The notes beneath the pieces were generated by a model. It did not search any database, had not been told where the DNA came from, and saw only the letters and a program-made list of their open reading frames with translations. Shown here in pieces: positions 24,711-40,140 of a stretch of 64,000 nucleotides of DNA; the first letter of the stretch is position 1; each line of letters opens with the position of its first letter. This DNA comes from Mytilus trossulus (Eukaryota). The translations under genes and the position numbers were made by a program. Location: NCBI RefSeq assembly GCF_036588685.1, contig NC_086386.1, positions 48,608,001-48,672,000 on the forward strand, read 5' to 3'.

Positions 24711-27700
24711 TAATTTTGTTTCCTCTCTATAATATGTTAAAAATTATTTTTTTGACATCTATTAATGGAATGAAATTTATTGTAAGATTTCAATTACCAA
24801 GAACGTTGACGCACTTCATTTCGTAAGTGATTCTAGTAAAACTAAAGAACAATGCAATTTTGAGTTCCCTCAAAAAGGTTTTACTTTTCATAGAAATTAC
24901 ACGTGCGGTGAAGTGACACGATATATGTCTATTGATATTTTATACACTTATATAAACCAAGACATTTTTTGTTAAGCACTGTTAACTTTATATAATATAG
25001 TCTAAACATTGTATAATAAAAATGTTAAACTACTTTTTCCACTATTCAGGAGGCAGGAAACGAGTATATATTTGAAATTGTGTTGGCCTTATTTGTAATC
25101 GACCGTGCAAGAGCTGTATAGTCAGCCAAGGTCGTTAAAAACTTCCATTTGTCATTGCAAAATAATCGCACTAATTAAATTCGGTAATTGTTAGCACAAT
25201 TCCACATTCTCCTTCGTCGAAAACAAAATATATACCGGCAGTCGTAAACTAACGAAAGATGGAATTATTGTTTAAAATATAAATCGACCGCTAATTCGAT
25301 TTGGTAATGACCCGACGGTAGTGATGGAACCCGCAAACCTACCATTGAAATACGTTGGGAATCTTAGAAACTTCTATTTATAAACTTAAATTATAATGGA
25401 CTTTTCAGAAATAAGGTTCTATGATAGGATGACTGTTATACAAAAATATCCTTTTCCTATCTGTTGGAAAACAGGGCCTCCCCAAAATTGCTATATCTAT
25501 ATTTATAAAGAAGTAAAGTAAAAAGAGTACAACTCGGTAATCAGTAAATTTCAAAATGCAATCAGGAATTGACATTGGGCATATTATAAGCACGATAAAA
25601 CCAAGTAGGTTTGCTGTAAGTCTTTTGGTGATAAGTTTTTTTGAAATAGATTTCTTCTAGAATTTTAATTGAAACATATTCAACATAGTATTTTTCATGT
25701 TTTTATTAAAAAAAAATTCAATTATGACTAACTCAAATTTACTATTCGATATGATATAACTTTACTCAAAATATTGCAGTGTATATATGATTCAGGCAGG
25801 ATGGAAATTTCCAGTTCACGTCAGAGGAACTTTTATCCTTTTAATTATAAGACCATTAAAATAACATGACGAAATGATTTGACCACATTTATTGATGGTT
25901 GTCTAAAGGATATTATATAAGTTAAGGAAGGATCACAATATCACCCGACAGATCAAAATCGACATTTTACATGTACATTATTAAATACTCATTTGATCAA
26001 TTACTGATAAGTAGTGCAATGACGTCAAGTTCATTTCAAACAAAAATGATCTCCTTCTTTTAAATGTACATTTTAAATGTTCACTCGTCTGAAACAAAGT
26101 ACACAAAATGCCCCACTTTCAATGTTTATTCTATATATTGTTGATCATTTAAGGAAATATACATGTACATGTTAATGGTGAGTCCTTGATTTAATTGAAT
26201 TGTAATTATAAGACACATGCTTGTTTATCTTATATATCAAGTTTGCACTGCAGTTAAAAACAATCTTGAATCAATTTTTAGATTTAAAATGTCTGATGTA
26301 AACAATACAATTGTTTGTGAATGAACAACGTATCAACAATAAATGTACATGTAATACATTTAGTGACCGAGCTACCTTCAGGAACTGATCCTGTATAAAA
26401 ACCGGAAATTTTAAAATAGAAGTTCCACTACTGTAATTTAAGCTACATACATATGAACATTTAGGAAAATTCTGCAAAAAAAAAGAAGATTTGCAACTCG
26501 ATAAAGTCGTATTATGACAGATTCACGACTGTGAAATTTTCTAAAAATTTTATGGTGTAGTTCTGAAAATGTAGTTAAGTTTTAAAGGCCGAACTACTGC
26601 ATGCACAAAACCTCACTTTTGAGAAAAAAATAACAAATTTAAGACATTATGGTAAATGGAAATTGTAATTTCAACTCCAAAATTCCTTGAAAGTAAAATT
26701 ATGTTTTGTCTTTCACATACACGTTAATTTATTATGGTTGTCTTGTTGATAGTCTTCGATTCCAAATATTCATAAAGACACGCAAAACATTAGTGTATGA
26801 AACCTGTCTACATGTACAATATATAACCGGTTGACATTTTGATTTAATGGCTATAGGGTAAAAGCGTTGTAAAATTTATATATATATATTTAGTATTCAA
26901 AGTCTAGTGATGGAGTTCAAACAACTTTTGTATTTTGACCTTATGATTCAGTAATATAATTTTTGGGGAAATTGGATCTTATCCTTTTCCAATATAGTGT
27001 TTCGTAAAATAAGAGGTGCAACAGCGGCTACATATAGTGTCTAATCGGTAAAATTGAGAAAGGACATGGGGAAATGTGTCAGAGCGACAACAACCCGACC
27101 ATAGAGCAGACAACAGCCGAAGGTTTTCAATGTAGCGAGAATTCCCGCACCCGTAGGTGTCCTTCAGACCCCCCCCCCTCACCCCCCAAAAAAATAGTAC
27201 CTATATCTACCTTTCATAGAGCCCTAGTAGTACAAACTGTTGTATATTTGCTGCTTATCTTAATCATCATAATAATATAATTGGAGATACTGTAGCTTGT
27301 GGGTTCTTTGTAGATGATTTTATATCTATCTTAAAGAATACATCTTGTTTCAAATATTACTTTTTACCGAATGCATGAGTTAAGTGTAAGTCTATGTAAT
27401 TTGAAGGGAAAACCTGATACAGAATATGTATAGAAGACACAAAGGATTAATGGTAAGTATCGAGTGTGTTTTTCTAGTTAGAAAATTGCTCAAGTGTAGA
27501 TGTTATAGAGCATTTTTCTTTCCTCATCAATTTATAGATATTTATTTTAACTACATTCACCCTCTTTATTTCGTTATCATTTGCCCCCATGCACCTCGTT
27601 TTGAGACAGTTTGAAATGTTCTGTGTGATTTAACGTTAAGTCTCGGTCGTACTCAGTGTATAATATAAACCGTATTAGTATGAATAATGTTTCATCGAGC

Positions 27701-29151
27701 TCTACATCTCTAGTTTTATATTATAAATAGAAAATTCATACAGTGTCTTCTCGACATTGTTCTTTTCTGTAATAAATATATCTTTACCGCCAGTTCTTTC
27801 ATTTTTGCAGTTATTCTCAATATCTTAGGCTAGCACCCCAATAGTCTCTTTCCTTTACTATTTAATTTTTTGCCCATTTCCCTCTATCATCTCTATTTCT
27901 TTACTTTTTTTTTCAGTTGCCTACTATTCTTTGTTCTGTAAACAAAACACACGGCACTCATGAATTATTTCTTCATGATAATTAAAATTGATAATAAAAA
28001 AATTACATAAAAAACGAAGCATCCCGAGTTCTGAAAATAATAGGCATACTATGCCAAACTGATTTAAATGTTGTCACGTTTTTTCAAAGGCCTTCCCAAA
28101 CCCTGGGCTCAGTTTCACTGACCTTAGACTATCATACTTATATTCCCGACGTTCAGTGCATGTGTACTTTGGGTGCAAAAAAATAAGTACGGGAAAAAAT
28201 ATTCTCAAGTAATATTGCACATTTATAAATTGAAACTAGGCTATAACTCACTTTGCTATCATAAATTATGTGTTTAGATTCTATATAGACAATAGACTCT
28301 ATATTTCTATAAATTATATGCTATGATAGTACGGTCTCACACTGAGGTTGCACATAAAAAAATAAAAGAAAATTTTACTCATCCAGTAACTTGAAAACAA
28401 ACACAGCGACGCAAACTTTTTAATTATAATATCAAAAAGCATATCATGATGTTTAACTTTTAGTTTGTTAAAGGATTAAACTTTCTATTATATATAATCA
28501 TATATAGCTCGAAAATAAATTGATCAGGTGATTGAACTGCAAATAATTGTAAAACTAATTATCTCCCGTTACCGCATGACGGCAGCACAATAGAATAACT
28601 GCAGACGCATTTTGTTGCAATATGATATCTGTTATTGTTGTGGAAAAGCTTTTAAAATGAAAAGATTCAATAGAATTCGGCTAAAATTTTAGCACAGAAG
28701 GAAACAGGTTTTAATTTTAAACAGAATGGTTATTGTGTTAACCCATGAGATAGTCTCAGCAATTCTATTTTATCACAATCCAGAAAAGTTCTTGACGTGC
28801 AACAGCCTCAGAAACTTTGAGAAAGAAAGAAAGATAAAGGTAAACAGGTGTTTCCATGCCATTATCTGTTGGTGTTGTTGTTTATGTTTTTACAAACTGT
28901 TGTACAAAAACATCAACTTTGAAGTTTCGTGAAGATCTCATGTGAATTCACCATGATGTGTAAATTTTTGTAATGCACATAGTCCGTGACATACACACTG
29001 TCACTGTACATCACTACATGTACATACTACATGTAATTGTCAGATAATTTGATAGTTTGAATAGTTATGATAGTTTGGAGGACAATTTACTTATATTTTT
29101 GTTAGGTGTTTTAAAGACATGTTTATTTAACAAAAGAAGCAATCATCAGTC

Positions 29152-29271
29152 TTAGTCCAAATAATTATGACGTCTTGAAAGGCTATTATAATTTTTTTTA
29201 CTTCGTTGATGTAAGGCGTCAAAGAAAAAAATTATAATAGCCTTTCAAGACGTCATAATTATTTGGACTAA
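29152..29271. mobile_element. 120-bp palindromic MITE with 8-bp TSD
   Basis: About 47-bp perfect inverted repeat ttagtccaaataattatgacgtcttgaaaggctattataattttttt; TSD catcagtc at 29144-29151 and 29272-29279. Confidence 0.9.
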
Positions 29272-29509
29272 CATCAGTCTGAGATAAAGTTCCAGTTCCT
29301 CTTTCCTTTTTTATATGTTCATCTTCTAAGTCTTGAGACTTCTAAGTACTTTTACTTCAAATGTAACTCGAGATATAAGCTGATCATATATATCAATGCA
29401 CAAAAGTGAATTATTGTTAGGTAAAAATTGCAAGCCAAATGTAAGCGATAAAATGGAAAAATGTGCCTGGGAGGATAGCAATTGCGCACTGCATGTAGTT
29501 TGATATTAA

Positions 29510-29675
29510 GCATAGGCGGATCCAGGGGGGCTGAGGGGCCGGGCCCACCCTTTCGTTGGAAAAATTTGGTTGATTATATAGGGAATCATTGAAGCATGAC
29601 TGGAGCGGGCCCCCCTTAGGTCAGTTAGTGCCCCCCCCCCACCCCCCGTAGTAAAGAGTTCTGGATCTGCCACTG
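29510..29675. mobile_element. Short GC-rich MITE (ggcggatccag...ctggatctgcc)
   Basis: Short TIRs; degenerate paralog at about 32068-32221. Confidence 0.6.
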
Positions 29676-32600
29676 CTAAGTCCATGGTAACATTGTACAT
29701 GTATATACATATTTTATAGTACTTTGAGTCCAATGTCAGTTACAAAAGTCTACAGATTTAGTTTCTTGCATGGAGATAAAATGACTAAATTTTTCTGTGA
29801 AAATTCCTTATATTTTATTTAACACCTTATCTCTATTTTCCCATCAGATTAATACTGGGCATCTTATAGGTACACGTTAAATTTTGACAAAACAATGCAC
29901 CAATCAGCTTATTATCTCCCTCTTTATTATGCCTGCGCCTTGTCTGTCAATTTGTTGGTCTTTATGGCTGCTGACATCAAACAAATATGAATATTTCTAT
30001 CACACCTTAAACAATTGAACAAAATTTGCGTAAAAAGAGCTATCACATGTTAACTGAAGTCCTGACATTCCTGGCATCCTAGTCTTGTTAAGTGATGAAT
30101 CATGTACAGGACAAGTTACTAACTTGATGAACACACAAGTCGCATCTGTTAAAGAAGTGTGTTTTTTCCGAAGAATACAAGTAATTTTAGTGGATGGACA
30201 TTGAAACATCTTACTTTATTATATTTCATGAGAGGGTTGTACATGTAGATAAGATTGTTGTACTCTCAGTCGACTTTATTATATTTCATGAGAGGGTCGT
30301 ACAGCAATCAACCTTTGTCAAAGTGGCTTGCTTAACACCACCATGAGTGATTATAAGTTGACTAACCTTGCATGTGCTTGAACTTCACATTTGATATAGT
30401 GGTTCTAATATTTATTTCTACTTGTAACATTTTTTTGTTAATGTTGACATCACTTATCACATGCATAATCCTGCAATAAGCCGCAATTTATAGTTATACA
30501 TATGTGTCATGGGCCTCAATCCTCTTTGTTGTCTGGGGGGACTATGGGATTGAGTCACGCTTTTCGTAATCCAAATTTTATTTTACTGCCATTTAACAAA
30601 CACATGTATGGCAGACGACACTAACTGTTCGCTGCGACAAACATAAAAAAGGTAACCAGTCCCGTAAAATACAATAAACAGTATAAATTATGTCCTACAT
30701 TTCCGGTAACCAGAAAAACCAAATAGAGGTATATATAACACATGTATGCCGAAATCTTTTTTTTTAATAAGTCAAGAATTGCAAGATTATCAAATGATCA
30801 ATTTGTTTGGACCAACTTTGTTAGTTCATTGACAAAAGTAAGGTTGAAAAAAAAATTATGGTCTTATTCCTGTAGTAAAATGTTTATCAACATAATTGTT
30901 TACAAGCTAATGATTACAAAATTTCATTTAAAACTTCACAAATGATTTTTTGTCGATAAAAATGCCAATAAAAATCTCTTGATTTATTTTGAATGGCATT
31001 CCTAAATGGATAAACAACAAGCTGATTTGGAATATCAAGGCTTAAATACCCAACTTTATCATACTGAATACTCTCATAGTGTTTGTCAAAATATGAAATT
31101 TATTTTCTAATCATTTTATGATAGTTTTGAAGCAGTTTTGTATGTACATTGTTCATCATAACATATAGATTTCAATCATAACATATAGATTTTAATCAAC
31201 AAATGATTTGACCTAAATTCAAGAATCTGCATGTGTTGAACCATTATAAGATGTTTGTATAGTATTATTTTTTATCCAGCGAAGAAGATTTGATAATAAT
31301 ATTAGTTTTATATTGATTTTAAAGACAATTAAGTCAGTGATGAGGCAAATAGGGATTTAATGAGCTCCAAGTTAAATCACATGTAGGAAATACTCCATCA
31401 TTTGATGAAACATTTTCCCTCATTGATTTAAGGTAGAGAAAATAAAAAAACAAACCCACATATGTTTCTTTCAATAACATTTACAATTGCTATGATCAAT
31501 ATATAACAAGGCAGGTAAACATACATAGTAAGAAAAAGATAGAAGTTTATATCGATAGATGTCTTAGATGATTAGTATACTACTGATGTAGAAAAACATG
31601 AAAATTAAGGGATATATCTATTTTATCAAAAATAAAATCTTATCCTACATTTGTACAATGCATCTTACAATGTATGTGTTTTACTTTATGGTAAGATCTA
31701 TAATTTATATCCAATAAACCATTAACTTTATAATATCATGACATCAAAAAACATATATGTGTACAAAACATTTTCAGGTACATTTTGATATTCAAATCAA
31801 GTCATGTGATCAGATTTATATATATAATTTGTCTAAACATCAACCCAACAATTCTAGATCTGTAAGTTTGCTTACGCAATTTTTTGTTCTTTTCTCGTCT
31901 TTATGCAGACTCATTCTTCTAAGATATTGTGCCACCAAATCGCCTGTATCCAATGCGCTAGACCATCCTATCCTATTTCACCAAGTGTAGGTTTCTTCTT
32001 TTTTTGTTTGGAGGGGATATCCCATGGTATAGCATGCCAATTGTTTTAATCAGAAATTGCCGGGGGCATGCAGAGGCAGATGTAGGTTAGACCTGTCCCC
32101 CTTTTAGTAGGATAAAATTTGTTGATTATTTAAGGAATCACTGAGGCATAACTGGAATTTGGCCCCCTCTTAGACTTTCAGTGCTCCCTCTTTTTATGAA
32201 AATTTCTGAATCCTCCAATTTGGAATGCATCACTTGTGATTTTCAAGTGTTTACTGATTATTTGATATAAATTGCCCTTCTTTGATTTAACAAGATGCAA
32301 AACAGTTATTTTGTCTTTCAACCATGCATATAGCATGTATAGTGCAACATAGTACATGTAAACAGTTTCCTTTTTAAATAATTGTATTTATATGCTAATT
32401 GAAACCTATGTTGCCAAGATTTTGCAATTATTTATTTTGTGTTCTGGATTACGAATTAATTTAAGCAAAGCAATGTTCGATGAACATAAGGCTTGGTGAG
32501 ATAAGGTGGTTTGTATTCATAAGACATGTATGTAATATCTAATATCAATTTTTGTAAAAACCTTAGCTTGTTGTTACATGTACTATTGTCTCTTTTGTCT

Positions 32601-35276
32601 CTTTTGTTCTCAAGTTCATCTTTGGTCTTTCTATTAAACTATATGTTGTTTTAGAAAAAAAAACATGACAAAATTACAAAACTCTGCAGTAAATTCATAA
32701 TTTCAAGGCTGCATAAAGGGGGTAGTCCATAAAAACTGCAGAAAAAAATGTCTTTATCAAACAATGGAACCAGAGTGAGACTGCATGTTGAACCCTCCAG
32801 ACATGCTTGATTATTGGTCTGCTCCTTTTAAATATCTATATTATTGTCCATATGATATGTAAAAGTTTGTATAGATTATAGACCATAATTTTCTTGTATA
32901 AAATCACAACAAACTAGCTGAATGGAACCAGGGACACCAGTCACAGTAGTCTCTACTTTCCCAACTGTGTTTTGGTGACAAAAACTTTATACAAGTCTTA
33001 TAAAAATGGCAAGCAGTGTTCACACTTAGGCACAGGCCAGCAACCAGGACAGGCTTGAAAAATTGCTTTACAGCCTGTGGGCCTGCTATAGTTCATCTCT
33101 ACAAGCCATCAGCTTAAATGAATCTAACTAAAATTTTACAAAAATGGAGCCCTGGGCCTGAATGAAGATTTAACAGTTAATTGTGAAGACTAGGAGAGCA
33201 GTCTGAGACTCTCAAGGACTTGACACCTAACCTTTCGTGCAACTCCCCCTTACAATCATGTTATTTCAGTTCAAAGAGATGACAACCCTAGTACAAGTAA
33301 ACTTTACACTGATCAAATGTGAAATAGATGAGCCATGGGAACTTTATAATTAATAGTATTGAATCTGACTGATCATATTATAGTTATTTTCATTAATCTG
33401 ACAATGTAAATTAAAATTGAACCCTAAGTAAACATAGTATATTGATAGTCCTGGGACTTTCATTACTTGATTAGCTCAGGTGAAGTGATGATTGGTGTTG
33501 AAATATACTGATTACTTGTAAATGTTTTCATAAGATAGAAGTTTAGGGAAATATTTGATTGAAACTGTAATTTTAGGATTGAACACAGCGGATTTTTACA
33601 AATAATCATTGAATTATTATAGTTGTTACTATGGTAATAGAGGTGAGAGATTTTATTTTATTTTAGATTTCTCTGCTTTTAGCAAAGGTGTATTTTTAAA
33701 GTTTTATTTATTAGATACTATTTGCCAAAGCTATTATCAAATGAACTGTTTGAATTTTCCAACTTTTGCAAAACTCAAATTTGTATGCAGCTAATGTAAA
33801 GGTTTACTGTGCTTAAACTTCTCTTGCTTGAGGATACTTTTGCATAGACTATGCGAAGCATGGTTTGGCTTTTGTTGTTTGAAGCATTCACAGGGCCTTT
33901 TCAGTGAGTTAGAATTTAGATTTTGGAGTTGCATTAATAAAAAGCATGATGCAGCTAGATCAGAATAAAAATTAGGATAATGCGATCTGATTGCATATAT
34001 CTTTTTTGCAGCAAAAATCGTACTAGTACTATTGTACAAGTGATAATCTGTATGATGGCTTCGTACAAGTAATTACTTGTATAAAATGTTTGTACAAGTA
34101 ATAATCTGTACAAAATAATAACATGTACACAACATATATATATGAGACAACCATCAACCAGAGACCAAAGGACAAAGGTGTTATCAACAAAAGGGTCACA
34201 GTGTAAGGCCTTTAACCATGAGCAAAACACATACATATACCATAGTCCATATAATAAGCTATAAAAGACCCTGTATTGGCAATATTGGATATGATTCAAA
34301 AGAGAAAACCAACAACCTGATATATATATGCATGATCATGAATGACATGATAGTATGAGGCTTTTGATAATACCAGACAGTTCTTCATATAAACATTTGA
34401 AGAAATGAAGTTTTTTACATTTTTTCAGTGGTTCCTAAGGCTTTGTACAACTGATTTGTGGTTTTTCTTACAGGATTGCAATTCGAATGTTGTATGCATA
34501 TAACTATCTTGCATGATCCATTGCAACCAATGAAGCATGAATTTATGCTATGAGTATAGTCATTTCAATTTTAAGAGAATGACTCCATGATATTAGCCAT
34601 GTTCTTCTTTGGTCCTTTATTTATAGAAGTAGCCATCATTATTTTCCCTAATTTTCCATGACTATACATGTAGCTAGCTAGTAAAAAAGGTGTCAAAATA
34701 TATATTTTATTGGTCCAGTGCAAGTGACCTCATTGGCACTGTTTATACTTAACCTCTTTGAAATATTAAACTCCTTTGCATTACAGACTGCTAAAATATT
34801 TTCAATATTAAAATCCCATAATTACTTTATTCATTTATAATTTGACTGTCTGGAAAAGATTTCATAAATATTGGTCATTTAAAACCGCTTCTAGTTTATG
34901 ATACTATATTAGCCTTCAAAAATTGGCAGTGAAAGTGTGATAAAAACAATAACATTAGATTTAAATAGTAATATACCTGTAACCTGGACCTATACTTACT
35001 TACCTATATATTTTACTTTTGAATGATTTTAGTCCAATACATTCTTCAAGATATATATGAGATTGATAGTGAAATTCATTCTTTATCATTATTGTAAGAG
35101 GCTTTAAATTGAAATGTTTATCTTGTTTTACAAAATGTATCATTAAAAATAGATTTGAATATTTTATGCTATATTGGAGATGTAACTTTCCACCAGTTTT
35201 TATGTTGTTTGTGTTATGTATGGATATATGTTGTGTAAAATTCTGTGAAAACAAAAATGTTTGCATATTTATATAG

Positions 35277-35292
35277 AAAATCCAAACCAGAG
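35277..35292 (+). other. Putative 16-nt microexon of the plus-strand gene
   Basis: tttatatag|AAAATCCAAACCAGAG|gtaaga. Confidence 0.35.
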
Positions 35293-35439
35293 GTAAGACT
35301 ATATGTTTGTTTTTATACTTTATTTTGAATGTGAATATTTATAGGAAAAAGATACGGAATTCAAGTTTACAGTCAGTAGAACGTAAATATGATGTAAATA
35401 AAAACATCATTTATTGTGATTAATTTTTTGTTCAAACAG

Positions 35440-35565
35440 ACGGAAGTTGTTAACCCTATTTTCCCGATTTTACAGGAGTTGTTACAGAAGTTAGAACAAT
35501 CTGCAGATGTTGCTGATTGGTTTACGTTAATAGAAGATGCAATCAAAGTTCAAACAGCCAAACCG
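35440..35565 (+). other. Putative exon (5' UTR, or coding TEVVNPIFPILQELLQKLEQSADVADWFTLIEDAIKVQTAKP)
   Basis: ttttttgttcaaacag acceptor, CCG|gtatgt donor, 126 nt open in frame 0. Confidence 0.55.
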
Positions 35566-37359
35566 GTATGTTGTAATAAACAGTATGGCTTAGATTTGCA
35601 TGTTTACAATGTTTACATGCATAAGTATGAAAGATGCACTTCTGTTGTTATTTAGAGATGAAAAGAATATTGCATTCTTGAAAATGAAAAATCAGAGACA
35701 AGGCGTTACATCTTTTAATTTATTTGGCATAGGTTTGGGGACCTTGGTAGTGACAAGCAAACTATTTCATAATTTTATTGTCTAGAAATTGCTCATTGTC
35801 CCCTTTTTGTTGTCAAATAGAAGAAGGGGGAATACGAGCATAGTTTTGCTCAATATGGCTCTTGTCCCCCTGATTCTGTTTAATATTGTTCAAGTGAATT
35901 AATATGTGGAAACCTAATTCTACCTCTATAGTACTTTTTTTTCTCTTTTTATGAATTGAGATAACAGGTGGACCTATTTCTATTTGTTTAAACCTCAAGT
36001 GTTTGAAATAAATTGATGTTAAAAAGAATGATTGGGGTGTTATAGGTAATACCAGTGTGTGATCAAATTTAAATCTCAATCTTATGTGGTTTGTAAACAG
36101 TACAAATCATGAATCTCGACCTTGAAGTTTGTTTTTAAATAGAAATATATTCATTTTATTCAATGCATGCTACTTAATTTCATATTTACAAAATTTAAAG
36201 GGCTGCATGCTAGGTGATTAAAGTCTAGATGTATAAAATTTTGTAAATATTTTGTTCAGTCTCCTGAAAAACCCTTACATGTACATGATGTATGTCGTCA
36301 TCAATAACATAGAAAATTGCATTATAATTGTAAAGTATAAATGATTGTTCACATATATATATACTTAAGTTTAGTTTAATCTTAAAGATCAGTTCCTGAT
36401 GAGGTGAGCCAGTGGCTAAGCTATGTTTAAAAAGTATGTTTTAAATGCTAACAATGAATATGGTTTTTAAGAAGCACCCTCAATAAGGGAGGCTCAAATT
36501 TAGCGACTTATATCTGGGTTAAATGTTGAACTCAATGGTCATTTTATCATACATTTTTGTCATAATGCATTCATGTTATATTATGAATATTTTTTTATGA
36601 ACCAATTCTTTTTATGACATCAAAATAACTAAAGATTTGATTTTTTATTCAAATTAAATTAAAGGAGGAAGATTTTCTTTTGTTTGTAGGACTACATATA
36701 TTTATATATAGACCCATTTAGTACATGGTGTGCAACAAAAAGATCTTTAAGCATTATGAGTTTTATGATTAATTTCCTGTCTGACTTTATTCTTTAGATT
36801 GTCTAACCTTGCAAATATTTGTTATATTACTTAGGCCTACATGTGGTTGAGATACATAATTCTTTGTCAACTTTCACCATTATTTATATACCCTTTTGGG
36901 ATGTAAACTATAACACATTATAAGAAAAGCACAACAACAGATGTTCTCTTTCACTTTATTACATGTTCATGCATCAATTTGAAACACTTTTCTTTTTTGA
37001 ATTTATAATGGACTTGACATTGGAAACAATAGAAAACAATTATCACACCTTCTTATTTTATATGAGTTTGAAGAAGTGAGTCTTGTAAAAAAATAACTGA
37101 TTTTCTTGAGTCTTCTAGCAATGCAGCCAGAGCTGTAAACTTAACGAACATTTTACTTCCAACGAAGGAGATTTTCACAGTTATATTTTATAAGTTGTTG
37201 CTAGCTCAACCCAGTATAAGTTTTTGGATCATAAAGAAATTTTATAAACCATGCAAGTCACCATGTAACTATGTAACTATGTAACAAGTATCATTAATGA
37301 TATAGAAGTCTGGTTCTAACAGAACTTGTCAAAACTGAATAATGATTTTTTTTTAACAG

Positions 37360-37448
37360 ATATGTTGTGTGGTATACTTAGCTGAAATAGAAACTGGACA
37401 ACTTCAAGATGTCAGAAAAAATCCAATTCCAAACCAAGGAGTATGCTG
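37360..37448 (+). CDS. Exon with probable start codon (ATG 37409; MSEKIQFQTKEYA) of an uncharacterised gene
   Basis: Strong acceptor tttttttttaacag; CAAG-ATG context; phase-1 donor CTG|gtgggt that is in frame with the next two exons. Confidence 0.55.
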
Positions 37449-37917
37449 GTGGGTATTTTGTAATACAATAGCTCAAGTATGAATGTATAAAAGCAGTACT
37501 GGTAGCATAAATGGGCAAAAATGGATAAAAAGCACAATCTTACTATAAGTTATAATAATTCCTGCTAATTTTGACTTTCCTGTTGATTTATTGTATGTAA
37601 ACATTTGTCTTCTATTAAAATAAGCGGGTGCATTTTTATTTTTTTGTGCAATCAACTCCTTCTAACATGTTCAACCTTGATCCTTGAACTCACTAGGAAA
37701 GATAGCTCACATATATTGAAGTTGAGCACCTGCTATTATGTAATTGTCTGAGTGAGGACCCCCTTCCTACCCCCTCCCCATTTTACAATACAAAATTTAC
37801 AAAAGACCATACTACTTTTAGGTTATCAACGCTTCCTAAGTCCTACGGATTTGAACCTAAAGTCTAGATCCTTGAAACCCCATCCAAATATACCTATATT
37901 TGTGTTTTGCACTTTAT

Positions 37918-38713
37918 TATTAGCTCACCTGGCCCGAAGGGCCAAGTTAGCTATTCTCATCACTTGGCGTCGTCCGGCGTCCGTCGTCCGGCGTCGTTAA
38001 CTTTTACAAAAATCTTCTCCTCTGAAACTGCTGGGCCAAATTTAAGCAAACTTGGCCACAACTATCATTGGGGTATCTAGGTTAAAAAATGTGTGGTGTG
38101 ACCCGGCCAACCAACAAAGATGGCTGCCACAGTTTAAAATACAACATAGGGGTAAAATGCAGTTTTTGGTTAATAACTCAAAAACCAAAGCATTTAGAGC
38201 AAATCTGACATGGTGTTAAATTGTTCATTAGGTCAAGATCTATCTGCTCTAAAATTTTCAGATGAATCAGACAACCCATTGTTGGGTTGCTGCCCCTGAA
38301 TTGGTAATTTTAAGGAAATTTTGCTGTTTTTGGTTATTATCTTGAATATTATTATAGATAGAGATAAACTGTAAACAGCAATAATGTTCAGCAAAGTAAG
38401 ATTTACAAATAAGTGAACATGACCGAAATGGTCAGTTGACCCATTTTATAGGAGTAATTGCCCTTTATAGTCAATTTTTAACCATTTTTCGTAAATCTTA
38501 GTAATGTTTTACAAAAATCTTCTCCTCTGAAACTACTGGGCCAAGTAAATTATAGATAGAGATAATTGTAAGCAGCTAGAATGTTCAGTAAATTAAGATA
38601 TACGAACACATCACCATCAACAAAACACAATTTTGTCATGAATCTATCTGTGTCCTTTGTTTAATATTCACATAGGCCAAGGTGAGCGACACAGGCTCTT
38701 TAGAGCCTCTAGT
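37918..38713 (+). mobile_element. Non-autonomous Helentron (HINE, Pearl/CvA-like)
   Basis: tattagctcacctgg 5' end, cgtcc microsatellite, internal core repeats (ttttacaaaaatcttctcctctgaaact at about 38002 and 38507), 3' ggtgagc subTIR and hairpin aggctctttagagcct. Confidence 0.85.
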
Positions 38714-40140
38714 CATGGAAATGTTTTAGATCTTTTTTTCTCCTTTTTTTCATGATTGGCATCCTAGTCTGACATTTTTCAAATACATTTTATATTTCCA
38801 TATAGTTGAATGTTTATTTAAGACCATTCTCTGTTCTTTTTTAACCTGTACAGCTGTAGAGTTTCCCTTTTTTTTGGATATATTAAATTTTGAACTGTAT
38901 ATGACCAGTTATTTATTATCGAGGCAATATTTTAAACGTTGATAACTAATTGTTTTTTTGACAAAGCTTCAAGCTGCACTTTTTTAAAGCCAAGTTTAAA
39001 TAAATTTTCCAAACAGTGGCTTAAATTGACAAACATAGATAAAATATGTAAAAGTTACCATAAAAATGTTAAGTATCTATATAAGCTAAAGTTTATCTGA
39101 GTTTTATGACTGTGTTTAATATCATATTATTGGCAGTTAGTAGTTTTAAATACCTTAGTAAGCTATGTTTAAACATTTCAAATTGTAAACAGATCATTTA
39201 TAATCTCTACTATTCAGCAAAACCCCATGTTTATTGAGCCAGTCATCCTTGTATAAGGACTCATGATTGCAGTTCATTATATATTTTACCTGAATAACAT
39301 TTAAAAAATAATCAATAGATGATATAAAAATGATAAGGGTTATATTACTGTATTGAACTGTTGTCTTAAGTTCATATTTATTCAAAAGAAAAATTTGTAG
39401 TTTGAAAAGATCATATTTGTATCATTTGGGTAAACAAGTACATTATACATGTATAGTGTTCGGTTGAATATATTACATAGACTTTTTTTAATCCAAAAGA
39501 GATAATAAAGCCTAATTGGTCTAATATTTTTAAGATTCAAAAAAAATATGTATGATTTGGTTGGATTATTAGAGGTCGGTCATTTACACACGTATCAACC
39601 GTATCGTATACGTTGACGTATCCGCATCCGCAGATATATCGAAAAATATTATGTGATCCCGAGATTATTAATAGAACCATGCTTCATTAAAAAAACCTAA
39701 TTGGAATCTCTTCGAAACAATCAAACATACACTTTCAACATTTATGAAAGTGGTGTTTTGTAAAAATAAAAAGGGGGTTCTATCAACTATTTAACATGCC
39801 GTTAGAAAGGAGCCAATGTAGGGCAGGTACACGAATATCGTACACAATCATTAAAAATCTAGTTAAAAAAATATTTCAAGATCTTACAATGGATAAACAC
39901 AAAAAAAAATCAATTGCACTACTTATATACATTTAGGGAACTTTGTATATTGTTCATTTGCGACGTTATAATAAGAGTTAATAGAAACAAGAGTTGTCTT
40001 CAGATGTCATATAAATACATGTACATTTAATAAAACAGTACTGAGTATCACTCTATTTGTCAAATAACAATTTGGTTCAACGTGAGCACAAGTTCATACA
40101 CCGTGAAACAAACGATTCTACCGTATTCACTCCTATCATG

